Assembly (NCBI GenBank): GCA_030390025.1
Contig: CM059432.1
Coordinates: forward strand, 91,204,001-91,268,000
Length of the DNA stretch: 64,000 bases
Reading direction: 5' to 3'
From: Squalus acanthias
Lineage: Eukaryota
Part shown: positions 21,761 through 34,960 of the stretch, one piece after another
How the letters are laid out: each line of letters opens with the position of its first letter
Position numbering within the stretch: the stretch's first letter is position 1
Notes under the pieces: generated by a model
What the model was told of the DNA's origin: nothing
Seen by the model: the letters and a program-made list of their open reading frames with translations, nothing else
The model's database searches: none
Position numbers and translations under genes: made by a program

Positions 21761-22690
21761 CCTCTCTACCTCTCGCTCCTCCTTGTAGATGCTCCTTAAA
21801 ACCTACCTCTTTGACCAAGATTCCCCTGTTCTAATGGGCCAAAAATTGATCCCGCTGCGTGAGAGTACGCATTGCGTACTCTCGCGTATTCTCTCTCCAA
21901 TTGCCGGTTTTCTGCATGCACTGCGCATGCGCTGAAAACCGGCACTTGGTCTTTGGAAAAGGGGGCGGTTCCTCGGTGCACCGCGTGCGCGCTACAGGCT
22001 GCGCGCACGCTGTGCACTTAGTGCTTTGGACGCGCAGGTAAGGACGGAAGATTTTAGAAACGAAAAAAGGAGGAGTAAGACCCACTTTTAACAAGGTAAG
22101 TAGTGAATTAAGTATTATTTTGAATTTTTTTTAACAGGTATATCTTTTTTAGAGACTTTAAAGACAGGTAAGTTTATTTTTATAACTTTTTAAAAGATTT
22201 TAAATTTTTTCAAAAATTTAATTTTTTATTTAAAATGGTTAATTTATTTAAATATACTTATTTTATTAATGTGATGGTTTTTTTTTTAAATTTAATTGAG
22301 GTTTAGCTGTTATTTTGGGGGGGTGTAAGATTCATAGCTTTCACAGCACGTATGTGAAACTCATGAATGGAAGATGGTGTGCTGCCATTGGCTCTAACTG
22401 AGTCACGTGATCCCACAGCTCGCACGAATTCACTACGCCGGTGGGATACGCAAGCACTGCCCAGCTGATGTCTAGAACATCAAGTTCGTGCGAGCTGGAT
22501 CTGAAAAAGCCAACGCAGAGTGAGAGATCGCGCCTGCTCCTTACCCCCGCGGGAACAGAGCGAGATCAATTTCTGGGCCAATATCTCCTTGTGTGGCTCG
22601 GTGTCAAATTTTGTTTGATAACGCTCCTGTGAAACGCCTTGGGATGTTTTACTACGTTAAAGGTGCTATAATAATGCAAGTTGTTGTTGT
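21761..22690 (+). mobile_element. L2 LINE 3' end, interrupted by family-B element
   Basis: ctccttaaaacctacctctttgaccaag...gtggctcggtgtcaaattttg...aatgcaagttgttgttg; inverse of 51979-52150. Confidence 0.8.
21836..22579. mobile_element. Non-autonomous Harbinger-like element, family B, copy 2
   Basis: TIRs gggccaaaaattgatc / gatcaatttctgggcc with a perfect AAT TSD. Confidence 0.92.
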
Positions 22691-23699
22691 ATGATACAGT
22701 AACTCGGGGGTGTAACAGTAAGACCCTGTTGTGACCTGAACTGGATATCTGTGTCTTTTGCAAGTGAGCTTTTTTAATCTCTCTAAAGGCAGACTGAGCA
22801 CCTGGTGAGTCAAGGTTTGATACAAATCGTTAAGTTGCTTTATTTTGCAGCAAGTGAACATACCCAACAACAGTTATGATCAGATTCACTTAGTCCAATC
22901 AGTGCAACTTCTCTTTTTGTGATTTTGCAAAATAACGAACACCCCACTCTTCTCCATATCAGCTCACTTGATTTGTAACTATCCTTCAGCATTTCTAACC
23001 TCTTCACCTCAGCAAAGGCCCTGGTAGCTTTTTCGTTAACAAAATCCTGACTGCTCTCACACCCTACTGTTTACAAGCCAGACGCCAGTGTCAGCTTTTA
23101 GGCAAACTGACTACCCCCCCCCCACTCAAGAACAAAAGCCACCAGCCTAACTAGGCGATGACCCCTGCCAAATTCAAATGAACATATATATCTTTATATA
23201 TGATAAAGGACAGGTAAAGACCAATTGGTCCATCAAGCCTGTCTCATCCTGGTACAACGTACCTCCTGACACTACCAGAAACATCCCCCTATGGGAGACA
23301 CAATCTCCTGGGAGAGACAAATAACTGAGAAAAACCCTAAAGCCAATTCAGGAAAAAATCTCTGGAAAATGTCTCTCTGACCCCCTGAAGGTGCATATGC
23401 AAACTCCAAGAGACCATGGCGACTGGACTCCATGCTGTGTGACGTGATGCTGCTGAGTTTAGGCCAGGTCAGTGCTGTGGATTCAATTGCAGTTTTGATC
23501 ACCAGATTCCTGCTTGTGACTACAAAATAATTACGGATGACAAAAGCTATCCAACCCGAAAGATCCTAAGCTGTTGCTTACTGCATTTGGAAGACAGATT
23601 GAGCTTTATGCAGGTTGTAAGTATTTGGAGTAAACTCTCTATCCAGTGTCACCTCATTGGAACAACCTCTCTCACCATTGACAGATCGCTTCTGTCATC

Positions 23700-24964
23700 A
23701 CACCTGCCGTCTATTACATCAGCATTGGTGCCCTTGAAACTATCTCACATTGGTCCTCAGAATCCACCACGATCAGCCCCAACACCAGCAGCACCAGGCA
23801 CACCAGCAGCACCAACAACAACACCAACCTTCTCCGCAATCAACTGATGCTGCACAGGACACAGGGCGTCAGCACCCGACCACGTTGCTGCCTAGGAGCA
23901 CAGGGATGGCCTCACCATGGCCAGATTTACTTCACTTGACGCTGTACACCCTGCCTGCCACATGATGCGCCAGGTTGGCACCACCCCACACCAACAATAT
24001 AAAGCATCCCTACAATGCCCAAGCCATTCCTTTCACACTCATCATTGTGGGGTGGGGGGGGGGGGGGTACCATTATGTCTCGCCATTCACTGCAACTCAC
24101 AAAGCCACTTCCAAAGGTGCACACAGATCTGTCCAAGAACGCAAAATGTTGAAAATAAAGGTTTCAATGTTTGACACCATATTAACAGAAACTTTACATG
24201 AACATTGCATAACACCCAAGTGCCTACCCTTGTGTGTTGTTAGTTGGTATGATTGCACTAGGATGAGGATGAGTGTGAGGGGTGGCTATTGAGATGGGGA
24301 AGTGATAACGTAGATAGAGAGGGATGGGTGGAGGTGCAAGGTAAGTTGGTGTGAGTATAGATGTGCAGGAGTAGGGTAGGGAAGGCAGAGTGATGGGGAT
24401 GTGATGAGTGGCACAGCAGGATGAGGTTGAGTGTGGCTTTGCAGTAACGTTTCGTGATCAAATGAGATAATTGAAAGGTTTGCACCACTGCAGCCTGGTC
24501 CTCCTGACGACATCCCTGCTTGTAACCACCTGTGCAATGTGCAACCAGGCTGCGTTGGTCTCCTGGGGAGGTCTCTTCTGCCCATTGGAAGGGACGAGAA
24601 CCTCCCTGCGTGCTGTGACTCCCTCCCATATGGAGGGAGTTATGGGAGAGCCTGGATGCAGCCATGCACCTCTGTGCAGTGCTTGTCAGTGTTTGCAGCA
24701 CCTCAATGCTGTAGAACACTGACAGCACAACTGTCAAAATCAATTTGCGCGTGATCCCTTTAAGGAAACAGGCTGATGACCCGTCATCTAATGACATCAT
24801 CAGACCCGCTTCCTTCAATTGGCTGGCAAACGTGCTGGGCGGGCTTAACAAGCCCAATCAGCGGAAAATAATTTTGCAGAGCGGGCTGGTGCCAGCAGCG
24901 AGGCCGGGACCCGCCACCGATGTCATCCGCCACAGACCCGCCGAGGTAGGGGAAATCGCGGCCC
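23700..24964. mobile_element. Degenerate, internally deleted Harbinger remnant
   Basis: Q/H-rich transposase N-terminus-like sequence on + (23750-23930), Myb exon 1-like sequence and C-rich intron on - (24300-24620), end gggaaatcgcggccc. Confidence 0.65.
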
Positions 24965-25704
24965 AAGTTTAGCATTGGTGCAAAGTAGTTTTGGCTTCGT
25001 ATCAATGCTAAACTTGTGGACTGTGAATGCAGCATTAGATTCAAACCTTGGTGCCAGAAATTGAACAATATAGACCTAATTATAATCACGAAATATGTCC
25101 AAAATGCTAGACCATTTTATTAAATATAAGTCTTAATTTTAGTACCGTTGAAGAAAATACAGAGGTATGCAATTTTTGTGGTGGTTCTCCCAATCTCTTG
25201 CCATAATTCTGCTGGAAGATTTTTGGAAACACTGGAGAAAACAAAGTTAACGGCCTTGTGCGCCGTTTATTCGGGGTCTCTACCCGACCTTCTGCTGAAG
25301 TTATGGTGGAAGAACAAGAAAGCTTCTGTGAAAATTCTACTCCAATAAATTTAGTCAACAACTATCCATCTCATTTTAGTTGCTAAGAAAACACAGATGT
25401 CTGTGTGGAAAAGTAGGGAGAGTAAATACATTAAAAATGAACATGCTTCCCTGTTCTTCCACCTCTAATAGATGCTACTCATCTGAATACCAACTAAGAA
25501 TTCCAACAAAATAAATGTGCAGGGGTCTAAGTTCTTTGATGCAGGCAAGAAACTCCAACTAAAACTCAAACAACGACAGTTCCCTAAATAGGTGGGGGGA
25601 TTACGCCTTCCAAAGGCGTTACTATTGAATGTCGCAGTTCTAGAAGATTATCAGATATATTGGGACGTCCCCTCAGAAGGGAAGTCCAACTCCATGTGTC
25701 ACTG

Positions 25705-27918
25705 CACCTCACTTGACCTCACAAAGGCCTTCAACACTGTCAACCGTGAGGGATTATGGAGTGTCCTCCTCAAATTCGGCTGCCCTCAAAAGTTTGTCAC
25801 CATGCTCCGCCTGCTTCACAACGACATGCAAGCCGTGATCCTGACCAACGGTTCCACCACAGATCCAATTCACGTACGGACTGGGGTTAAGCAAGGCTGT
25901 GTCATCGCACCAACGCTCTTCTCGATCTTCCTGGCTGCAATGCTCCATCTCACCCTCAGTAAGCTCCCCACTGGAGTGGAGCTAATCTACAGAACAATCG
26001 GGAAACTGTTCAACCTCCGTCGCCTCCAGTCCAGATCCAAGGTCGTCCCATCCTCTGAAATCGAATTACAGTATGCAGATGACGCTTGCGTCTGCGCACG
26101 CTCTGAGGCCAAACTCCAAACCATCGTCAACACCTTCACCGAAGTGTACGAGAGCATGGGCCTTACACTAAACATCCGTAAGACAAAGGTCCTCTACCAA
26201 CCTGCCCCTGCCACACAGTACTGCTCCCCAATTATCAAATTCCATGACAAGGCCTTGGACAACGTGGACCACTTTCCATACCTCGGGAGCCTACTGTCAA
26301 CAAGGGCAGACGTTGATGACGAAGTCCAACACCACCTTCAGTGTGCCAGTGCAGCCTTCGGTCGCCTGAGGAAGAGAGTGTTTGAAGTCCAGGTCCTCAA
26401 ACTCGGCACTAAGCTCATGGTCTACAGAGCAGCAGTGATACCCGCCCTGCTGTATGCCTCAGAGACATGGACCATGTCCAGCAGGCACCTCAAAGCACTG
26501 GAGAGGTACCACCAACGCTGCCTCCGCAAGGTCCTGCAAATCCATTGGCAGGATAGGTGCACCAACGTCAGTGTTCTCGCTCAGGCCAACATCCCCAGCG
26601 TCGAAGCTTTGACATAGAAACATATAGAAGATAGGAGCAGGAGTAGGCCATTCGGCCCCTCGAGCCTGCTCCGCCATTCAATGTGATCATGGCTGATCAT
26701 CCAAATTCAGTACCCTGTCCCTGCTTTCTCCCCATATCCCTTGATCCCCTTAGCCTTAAGAAATATATCTAACTCCTTCTTGAATATATTTAATGAATTG
26801 GACTCAACTGTCTTCTGTGGTAGAGAATTCCACAGGTTCACCACTCTCTGGGTGAAGAAATTCCTCCTCATCTCAGTCCTAAATGGCTTACCCCTTATCC
26901 TTAGACTGTGACTCCTGGTTCTGGACTCCCCCGCCATCGGGAACATCCTTCCTGCATCTAGTCTGTCTAGTCCTGTTAGAATTTTATAAGTTTCAATGAG
27001 ATCCCCTCTCATTCTTCTAAACTCTAGCGAATACAAGCCCAATCGACCCAATCTCTCTTCATACGTCATTCCTGCCATCCCAGGTATCAGTCTGGTGAAT
27101 CTTCGCTGCACTCTCTCCATGGCAAGAACATCCTTCCTCAGATAAGGTGACCAAAACTGTACACAATACTCAAGGTGTGGTCTCACCAAGGCCCTGTACA
27201 ACTGCAGCAAGACATCCTTGCTCCTGTACTCGAATCCTCTCGCTATGAAGGCCAACATACCATTTGCCTTCTTAACCGCCTGCTGCACCTGCATGCTTAC
27301 CTTCAGCGACTGGTGCACAAGGACACCCAGGTCTCGTTGCACTTCCCCTTTTCCCAATCTATTGCCATTCAGATAATAATCTGCCTTCCTGTTTTTGCCA
27401 CCAAAGTGGATAACCTCGCATTTATCCACATTATACTGCATCTGCCATGCATCTGCCCAATCATCCAACCTGTCCAAATCATACTGGATGACCACGCTCG
27501 ATCAGCTCCGATGGACAGGCCACATCGTCCGCATGCCCGATACGAGACTCCCAAAACAAGCGCTCTACTCGGAAGTCCGACATGGCAAGAGAGCCCCAGG
27601 TGGGCAGAGTAAACGCTTCAAGGACACTCTCAAAGCCTCCTTGGAAAAAGTACAACATCCCCACCGACACCTGGATGAGAAGCATCCGGGAAGGCGCCGA
27701 ACACCTTAAGTCTCTTCGCCAGGAGCAAGCCAAAGCCAAGCACAAGGAGCACACGTCAACCCAAGCACACCACCCACCCGCCCCTTCAACCACCATCTGC
27801 CCCACCTGTGACAGAGACTGCAGGTCCCACATTGGACTCATCACTCACCTGAGAACTCATTTTTAGTGTGGAAGCAAGTCATCCCCAGTTACAAGGGACT
27901 GCCTAAGAAGAAGAAGAA
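25705..27918 (+). mobile_element. RTE-clade LINE (5'-truncated), interrupted by a CR1
   Basis: DLTKAFNTVNR, GVKQGCVIAPTLF, LQYADD, LRWTGHIVRM, C-terminal CPTC...HLRTH, (aag)n tail. Confidence 0.9.
26614..27488 (-). mobile_element. Young 5'-truncated CR1 with open ORF2 C-terminus
   Basis: Uninterrupted 26707-27488 (WQMQYNVDKC, LVRPHLEYCVQFWSP), (tttctatg)n tail, TGAC at both junctions (26610 and 27489). Confidence 0.92.
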
Positions 27919-28379
27919 AGAAGTCACTGCACAGCTAGGTCTGTACAGGCTCCAGAAATAGACAATTAGGGCCAATAGGTCCAACTCTTTTGGAAGGTAT
28001 TGTGTGGCCCAGCATTAACTGCTTTGATTAAAGTATACTTCATAGGAGCAATTTAAGGAAATTAGAGTATTACCTGCTGGGAATGCATATTTGGAATTTG
28101 GGCTTATGCCCCCCACAGGTTTCCATCCATTAAAATGAATAGGCAGAAAATGATATGGGTCATGCACCCGAATACCTGATAAATGCTTCCAGCTGGCAAA
28201 GCTCTGTGCTAGGAGTACCATTGTGTAAAATTACACCTCATATGGGAGAAAAATTCCTTCAAGCCCAATGTTTTGCCTGAGGCTTGTTAAGTTTATATGC
28301 GTTGGAAAAAGATTTTCTCGTTATTTGCAGTACATTTGACCAAAATGTGTTTTTGTGACCTAAAGAATGGCCAAAAATT

Positions 28380-29160
28380 GAGGTTTTGCAGAAGCTTTAA
28401 AGGCAGGGAAAAAAATTACAAAGAGGAAGAGTTTAGAGAGGGAGTTAGGCTTGAGATGGCTGATGTCTTTGCCACCAATGATGAAGGAGAGTGCTGACGG
28501 GTGCACAGGAAGCCAGAGTTAGAGGATCAAAGGAAGCAGCTGGATAAGATTGTAGAAGTAGGGTGGTGTGAAGCCATGGAGAGATTTGTAAATGAGGATG
28601 GGGAATTTGAATTTGATACATAGAAAAACTGGAAGCCGGTGGAGGCAAGGAAGAATGGGGGTGATGTGCAACCAGGACTTAATGCAGATGAGATTTCAGA
28701 TGATGGCATTTGCGAAGGATGCATCTCGGGAGACTGGTGAAGAAGGTATTGCAGCAGTCAAGTCCAGAAACATCGGTCAATGTTTCAGTGGTAATGAGAG
28801 TGGGGTAAGGATGGAAACAGTGAGGTTGCAGACGTAGAAGTAAGCATAGGGACATAGGAATGTACTAGCCTGGAAAAGACCGTTGCAGTCCATCTGGCCA
28901 GTCCCAGTGTTTTGGAAACATCATATGCCACAAACGGTCTAGGTGATGGATTGTGAGAGTGCCCAACACAGTTTTGGGCAATTATGATGTGTTCAAGGAC
29001 CTTAGAGCAGAAAGGGAAGATAGAGATGTAACGGTTGCTGGAGAGGATGCAAGAGTGGTTGCGATTTTTGAGCAGGGGCGATAATAACAGTTTTGAAGCA
29101 GAAGGGGAACTCAACAAACATTGGGGAAAGGAAAGATAGTTAAGTGGTTAGGAGTTGGAT
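28380..29160 (-). mobile_element. Degenerate L2 LINE fragment
   Basis: Purine-rich similarity to 51979-52525; SNRYISIFPFCSKVLEHII on minus strand. Confidence 0.6.
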
Positions 29161-29177
29161 GAGGATGAGTAGGCAAA

Positions 29178-29342
29178 TGGAGCCTCAGTTTAATATCTCA
29201 TCTGAAAGACAACACCTCCAACAATGCAGCTCTGCATTGAAGTGTTAGCCTAGGTTATGTGCTCAAGTCTCTTGAGTGGGGCTTGAACTCAGAACCTTCT
29301 GACTCAGAGGTGAGAGTGTGACCAGTGAACCAAGGCTGACAC
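29178..29342 (-). mobile_element. Deu-type SINE 5' part (tRNA-like head)
   Basis: Minus strand gtgtcagccttggttcactggtcacactctcacctctgagtcagaaggttctgagttcaagcccc; matches 60205-60300. Confidence 0.65.
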
Positions 29343-29522
29343 CTTACTGGACGATTGATTCAGCTGGGATTTCAGGACAATTTCCAAAACCCCATCAATT
29401 TCAGTGTAGCAAATAAACTGCTTCTAATATTGTTAAAGTTTATCTGGATACAGGAATGGTGACCTATTTATTATTACAATGATCTACGGTCTAACTTAAT
29501 ATAGTCACTAAATGAAACTTTG

Positions 29523-29745
29523 TAGGTTAGGGTTAGATTGAGGGTTAGAGCTCAGCTGGGGCCTTGTGTTAGGCTGAAGGTTAACTATGAGCTGAGAGCT
29601 AGAGTTGCGCTAACGGCTAAGGTTTGGTTTAGAGTTAGGGCTACCCTCTGAGTTAGAGTCGGGCTAAGGACTATATTTGGGTTTAGGGTTAATGTGAAGG
29701 TTCAAATTGGAATTGATTTTAGGGGTACGATTGGAACTATGGTAA
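29523..29745 (+). repeat. Degenerate (TTAGGG)n-like hexamer tract
   Basis: ggttagggttagattgagggttagag...gagttagggct...tttagggtta with 6-nt periodicity. Confidence 0.6.
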
Positions 29746-29764
29746 GAGTGAATTTCCAGTCGCA

Positions 29765-30588
29765 ACTCCTCAGATAATGAAGCAGTCCAAGACCTGGATG
29801 ACATTCAGACTTGGGCTGATAAGTAGCAAGTAACATTCGCGCCACACAAGTGCCAGGCAATGACTATCTCCAACAAGAGAAAGTCTTACCATCACCAAAT
29901 CCCCCACCATCAACATCCTGGGCATCACTATTGACCAGAAACTTAACTGGACCAGCCACATAAATACTCTGGCTACCAGAGCAGGTCAGAGGCTGGGTAT
30001 TCTGCAGCAAGTGTCTCACCTCCTGACTCCCCAAAGCCTTGCCACCATCTACAAGGCACAAGTAAGGAGTGTGTTGGAATACTCTCCACTTGCCTGGATG
30101 AGTGCAGCTCCACCAACACTCAAGAAGCTCGACACCATCCAGGAAAAAGCAGCCTGCTTGATTGGCGCCCCATCCACCACCTTAAACATTCACTCCCTCC
30201 ACCACCGGTGTACCGTGGCTGCAGTGTGTACCATCTACAAAATGCACTGCAGCAAATCGCCAAGGCTTCTTCGACAGCACCTTCCAAACCTGCAACCTCT
30301 TCCACCTAGAAGGACAAGGGCAGCAGGCACATGGGAACACCACCACCTCCAAGTTCCCCTCCAAATCACACACCATCCTGACTTGGAAATATATCGCTGT
30401 TCTTTCATCGTCCCTGGGATAAAATCCTGGAACTTCCTCCCTAACAGCACTGTGGGAGTACCTTCACCACACGGACTGCAGCGGTTCAAGAAGGCAGCTC
30501 ACCACCACCTTCTCGAGGGCAATTAGGGACGGGCAATAAGTGCTGACCTTGCCAGCAATGGCCACATCCCAGGAACGAATAAAAAGAA
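29765..30588 (+). mobile_element. CR1/L2-group LINE (second lineage), 3' part
   Basis: IYKAQVRSVLEYSPLAW...LDTIQ; 3' end gggcaattagggacgggcaataag...gaataaaaa; same family inverted at 43667-44765. Confidence 0.85.
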
Positions 30589-31728
30589 ACTTCAAAGAGC
30601 AACTTTATTTTGTTCAACGACATAGTTTATTTTGACAGAGGAGAATCTGAAATAGCTGGATCTGTTGTAGGACCATTAGACTTCCAGTACAGAGGAAGGA
30701 TGAGTGCTCCTTCTCAGCAAGTATCATTTTACCTATTGGTGCTGTCTCAAGTGTTGACATTGGGGATGAGTGGAGAAGAGAATTCCTCATTTCCAAAACC
30801 CATTTTAAATGGCTCTTCAGATGTGAGGTGACTCAGTGGAGAATGCTAGAATGGATTTAGCCTTCATCATCTTTCTCTTTCCAAAAGGCCCTAAGGTTAG
30901 ATCTCCAAATTATGGATTACATCCCCTCCTGTTCCTATGAATTGTGGGACTTGTTTTCCCTCTCCTCAGATTAAATGTAAGATTCGCCATCTGAGATTCA
31001 GGCACCGATTAGGATATAATCAGCTAGGATGGTATCAATGCAGAAATGACAGAATGTAATAAAGTGCTGGGCTGTTAATTGATTTGGGACCTAACCTGGT
31101 ATTCTCCGGTGTTTCGTAAGGTTACTGACTTTATACTGCACATCATCTGATGAGGATTTTTAAAACCTCACTGTAGGAAGCTTTGAATTGTGTTTCCACA
31201 GGAACATTGGGATTGCTAGACGAAAAAAGACCAAGGGGGAGAAATTCAGTTGTTTAACGCCTCCCGTTAGTGCCTGGCGGGGGCGCTAATGGGGCGCTAA
31301 TGCAGTAGCGCCGGAGAGAGGCGAATCCAGCGCCATACGTCACATCCAGTCGCCCCTTAGCACCGCCGCTAACAGTTAACGCCTGGGGCTTTAGCGCCAG
31401 GCAAATCGTAATGTCAGTGAGCGTACAACGCTCACTGAGCACCCAATCTGCCAAATTGATTATCGCCCCCTGCCTTAGCGCCTCGCCCCAACAACGACAG
31501 GGAGAGGAGGCATCAAGCAGGCGGATGGCAGCTCAAGGGGCGATACTTAAAAGGATCAGTCACAGCTTTCAGGTCAGTGCTATTTCACTGCTTCCTTGTC
31601 AGTCTGAGATTGTGCAACAGTTTAATTGAGTCATTTAAAGGTTTTTTACTTTCAGGAGTGTTGTGGCTACTCAAAATTAATGACATTTATTCTGACAAGA
31701 TATCAAAGTGCTACACTTGGTTACATTA

Positions 31729-32903
31729 ATGGGGGCTGTACTGGTAGTCAACCTCGCCCTCCAGGATCTACTGCGGAGAGAGCGGAGGCAGCGAGAAAGA
31801 TTGGAACATGTGGCCAGAGGGAGGAGGAGGGTCATCAGGGCTCTCAACTGGAGGCCTGTCCCTCCGAGGGCATTCCGACAGCACTTCTCCAATTAAGCGA
31901 GGAGCAGTGTATTAGAAGGCTCCGCTTCAGCAAGGAGGTGGTCACAGAACTCTGCCACCTCCTGCAACCAGACCTCCAGCCTCAGATTAGGGCAACCACG
32001 GCTCTCTCAGTGGCAGTCAAGGTCACCGTCGCCCTCAATTTCTTTGCCAGCGGATCCTTCCAGTCTGCAACAGGAGATATAGCTAACATCTCGCAGTTCG
32101 CCGTCCATCGCTATATCCGACAAGTCACAGAGGCTCTCTACAGTAGGAGAAGGGACTACATTTCCTTCCCCATCACCAGAGAGAAGCAGGACGAATGTGC
32201 ATGTGGCTTTGCCAGGATAGCGGGATTCTCCATGGTGCAGGGCGCCATTGACTGCACCCATGTGGCTTTGCGGGCACCGTATAACAATCCTGACATCTTC
32301 CATAACTGCAAAGGCTACCAATCACTTAATGTGCAGTTGGTGTGTGATCACAGACAGCGAATCCTCAATGTGAATGCCCGCTTTCCTGGCAGCATCCACA
32401 ATACCGTCATTCTGCGCCAGACCGGTGTGCCAGCACTCTTCCAGCCACCATACCAAGCTCGCGGCTGGCTGATCGGAGACAAGGGCTTTCCGCTCTCCAC
32501 CTGGCTCATGACTCCCCTCCGCAACCCCAACACTCCTGCCCAGCACTCATATAATGAGAGCCATGCCGCCACCAGGAACATAATCGAGCAGACCAGCGGA
32601 GTGCTCAAGCAATGGTTCCGCTGCCTTGACCGCTCGGGAGGAGCCCTCCAGTACTCGGCTGAGCGGGTGTCCCTTTTCGTGGTGGTCTGCTGCATGCTCC
32701 ACAACTTGGCCATCATGAGGGCCCAGCTCTTGCCACCAGGGATCGCGGGACCACCTCAGGAGGAGGAAAAGGGAGAGGAGGAGGAGGACGAGGAAGAAGA
32801 GGAAGACGAGGAGGAGGAGGAATAACAGGAGCGAGGGAGGAGGCAGCCACATTCAGCCTCTGGAAGGGCGGTTCAGGACTGCCTCATCAGACTGCGGTTC
32901 TAA
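31729..32903 (+). pseudogene. Harbinger DDE transposase, catalytic core uninterrupted
   Basis: GAIDCTHV, LIGDKGFP, RNIIEQT, FRCLD, CCMLHN in one frame. Frameshift near 31890; TAA in the acidic tail at 32823; probable natural end LIRLRF* at 32903. Confidence 0.93.
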
Positions 32904-33060
32904 TAAATTAAACCCCAGATCCCCGTTGCTCACCACATCCCCATCATTCCATCCCTGTTGCAGGCCATATCACAGTGCAAAGCTGAAATGAGAGACACCA
33001 CAAAATCATCCAAAGCCAATTAATACATTTATCAATAATCAGTGAACACATATTTACATA

Positions 33061-34960
33061 TTACAACAACAATTTTAGCTTTTCACCCTTGTGCAATCCC
33101 TTAGTCCCCTTCGTTACTGTGCCTTTGCCTGTCCTAGTGCTCCTATGAAGTGTTGGCCCAGTGGCTGCAGCATCGCTGGTGGAAGGCTGCTGAATATCCA
33201 TGCGGGAGACTTCAGATGGCCTTGCAGGACACCCTTGACCAGCTCTGGGCCTGGACCTCAGCATGGGCGGCAGCAGTCTAGGCTGACTGGATGACAGGCA
33301 GCGACAAGGGCAATGGTGGAGTGCCAGTGGTGGGAGCAGGAATGCTATCATCTTGAGAGAAGACAGCAGCTTCCTGCTCCACTGACCCACTGCCACTCCC
33401 TCGGGGCAGCACCTCAGCATTACTACCAAGCTGCTGGAGCATAGATTGCTGGCCTGCTGCGACACCGTGAAAGTCCCGGTGGACAGTGCTCGACCCAGCC
33501 ACGATGGCAGCAGTCAGAGCTTGTGTTGCATCATGCTGAGACTGCATGAGAGCAGTCTGAGAATCGATGGCACTAGGCATAGACTGCATTACAGCACTAA
33601 GACGTTGCGTCGCTTCTGCCTGTGCTGCAATGGAAGCTGCGACATCGCCCATCACACGCGGCATCAGGTCTGGGTCACCACGGTCTCTCTGGGAGACCAC
33701 CATCCTTTGCAGACTGCAAATGATGGGCCCCATGGTGTGTGCTGAGCTCTGTACAATGTTGGAGGTGGACACCTCCACGCTCCTTACCATTGCTGAGAGG
33801 CTCTCGGGCACCCTTGCCATTGCACCTATCATCTCCGTGTGCATGCCCATCAACCTTCTTCTAAAGGCCTCCCCATCGAGGTCCTCATCTGAGTCCTGTG
33901 CAGCAGAACTCGCGTGCGAACGCACCCTCCAGGGAGCTGGCCCCCAAGCTACCCTCTCCCCCTGGCCTTGCTGCAGCCCGCTCGTCCCCGTTACATCACC
34001 CTGTAGATCCCGCTACTATACTAGCCTCTAAAGAACGCGTAGTGCCAGCATCTGAGCTGGTGCCTGCGGGGGAGAGATTCAGTGACGCGGTGTGTTCTTC
34101 CTCCTCCTCTTCTCCCTCCTCGCTCTCAACAGTACCCTCGGGCACAGTCTGCTCAGCTGCTTGCTCATTATCTGAAAGCATAAAGGCACAAGAGTCGGGT
34201 TAAGGTGAGGGGAGAGGGGCAGGAAGGGAGAAATGCATGCATACAGCATGATTAGCTGGAAAGTGCGAAAGGCTTGTGCGGTGAGGGGGAAGTGGGATAT
34301 GAGAGGAAGGAGTAGGGATGAACATACCATTGTTGTTCCCAAGGGGATCAACGTCGCCGGTGGCCATGGCGCCTACCAACTGGCGCCTAATGATTTGCAG
34401 CACTCTTTCCTCCAGCTCAGACAGTGGTTGGGTGTCAGGTTGTCCCCCGCCTGTGAGCTCCTGCTCCCTCCTGTTGTGAGTGACCTTGGCCTGCAAGAGA
34501 AAGGAAAGTGTGTGAGTGAGTGTGGAGCAATGTGTTTGGGTGATGTGCCTGCCATAGTTGAATAGCTGTCATTGTGTGCAAGGTGTGAGATGTGGGGGTG
34601 AGTGTTGGTAGGTAGAGATTGTTGGTGGGTGAGCGCTGGGAGTGTGGTGCTTTGGGCAGTGTGTGCAGACTGAGGTTCAGATGGTGGTATGTAGCATTTG
34701 TTGAGGCATTGACTCACCCTGACCACTCGAGTGAGGTCGTTAAATTTCTTCCTGCACTGTGTGTGGGTCCTGGGGACCACAGTGTTGCCCGAGACCTGCT
34801 GGGCTACCTCCCACTACATGGCGCGGAAGAGTTGCGGCGAGGGCCTCCTGTCACTTGCCGGGTAGAGCACCGCCCTCCGTCTCTCCACAGCGAGGACCAA
34901 GGCCTCCAATGCTTGATTGCAGAATCTGCAAGCTCTCTCTCTGGGCTGTTGACCTACCAT
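33061..34960 (-). pseudogene. H3 Myb/SANT-like protein, 3 exons (34960-34718, 34490-34328, 34171-33061)
   Basis: RERACRF...WEVAQQV...RTHTQCRKKFNDL|gtgagt; AKVTHNRRE..TGGG|gtatgt; acidic then helical exon 3. One stop in exon 1 and frameshifts in exon 3. Confidence 0.87.

Noticed and set aside
25160..25345. Degenerate palindromic MITEs (also ~20705-20790, ~28085-28240, ~38130-38350, ~59013-59100)
   Set aside because: Probably MITE relics, but ends and TSDs could not be fixed by eye.
31147..31175. CTGATGA followed by a stem as a hammerhead ribozyme
   Set aside because: No GAAA core after the stem and no Penelope-like context.
31626..32825. 399-aa ORF as the domesticated host gene HARBI1
   Set aside because: It lies inside TIRs with a TSD, has a frameshifted true start and a disrupted partner gene; it is a transposon copy.
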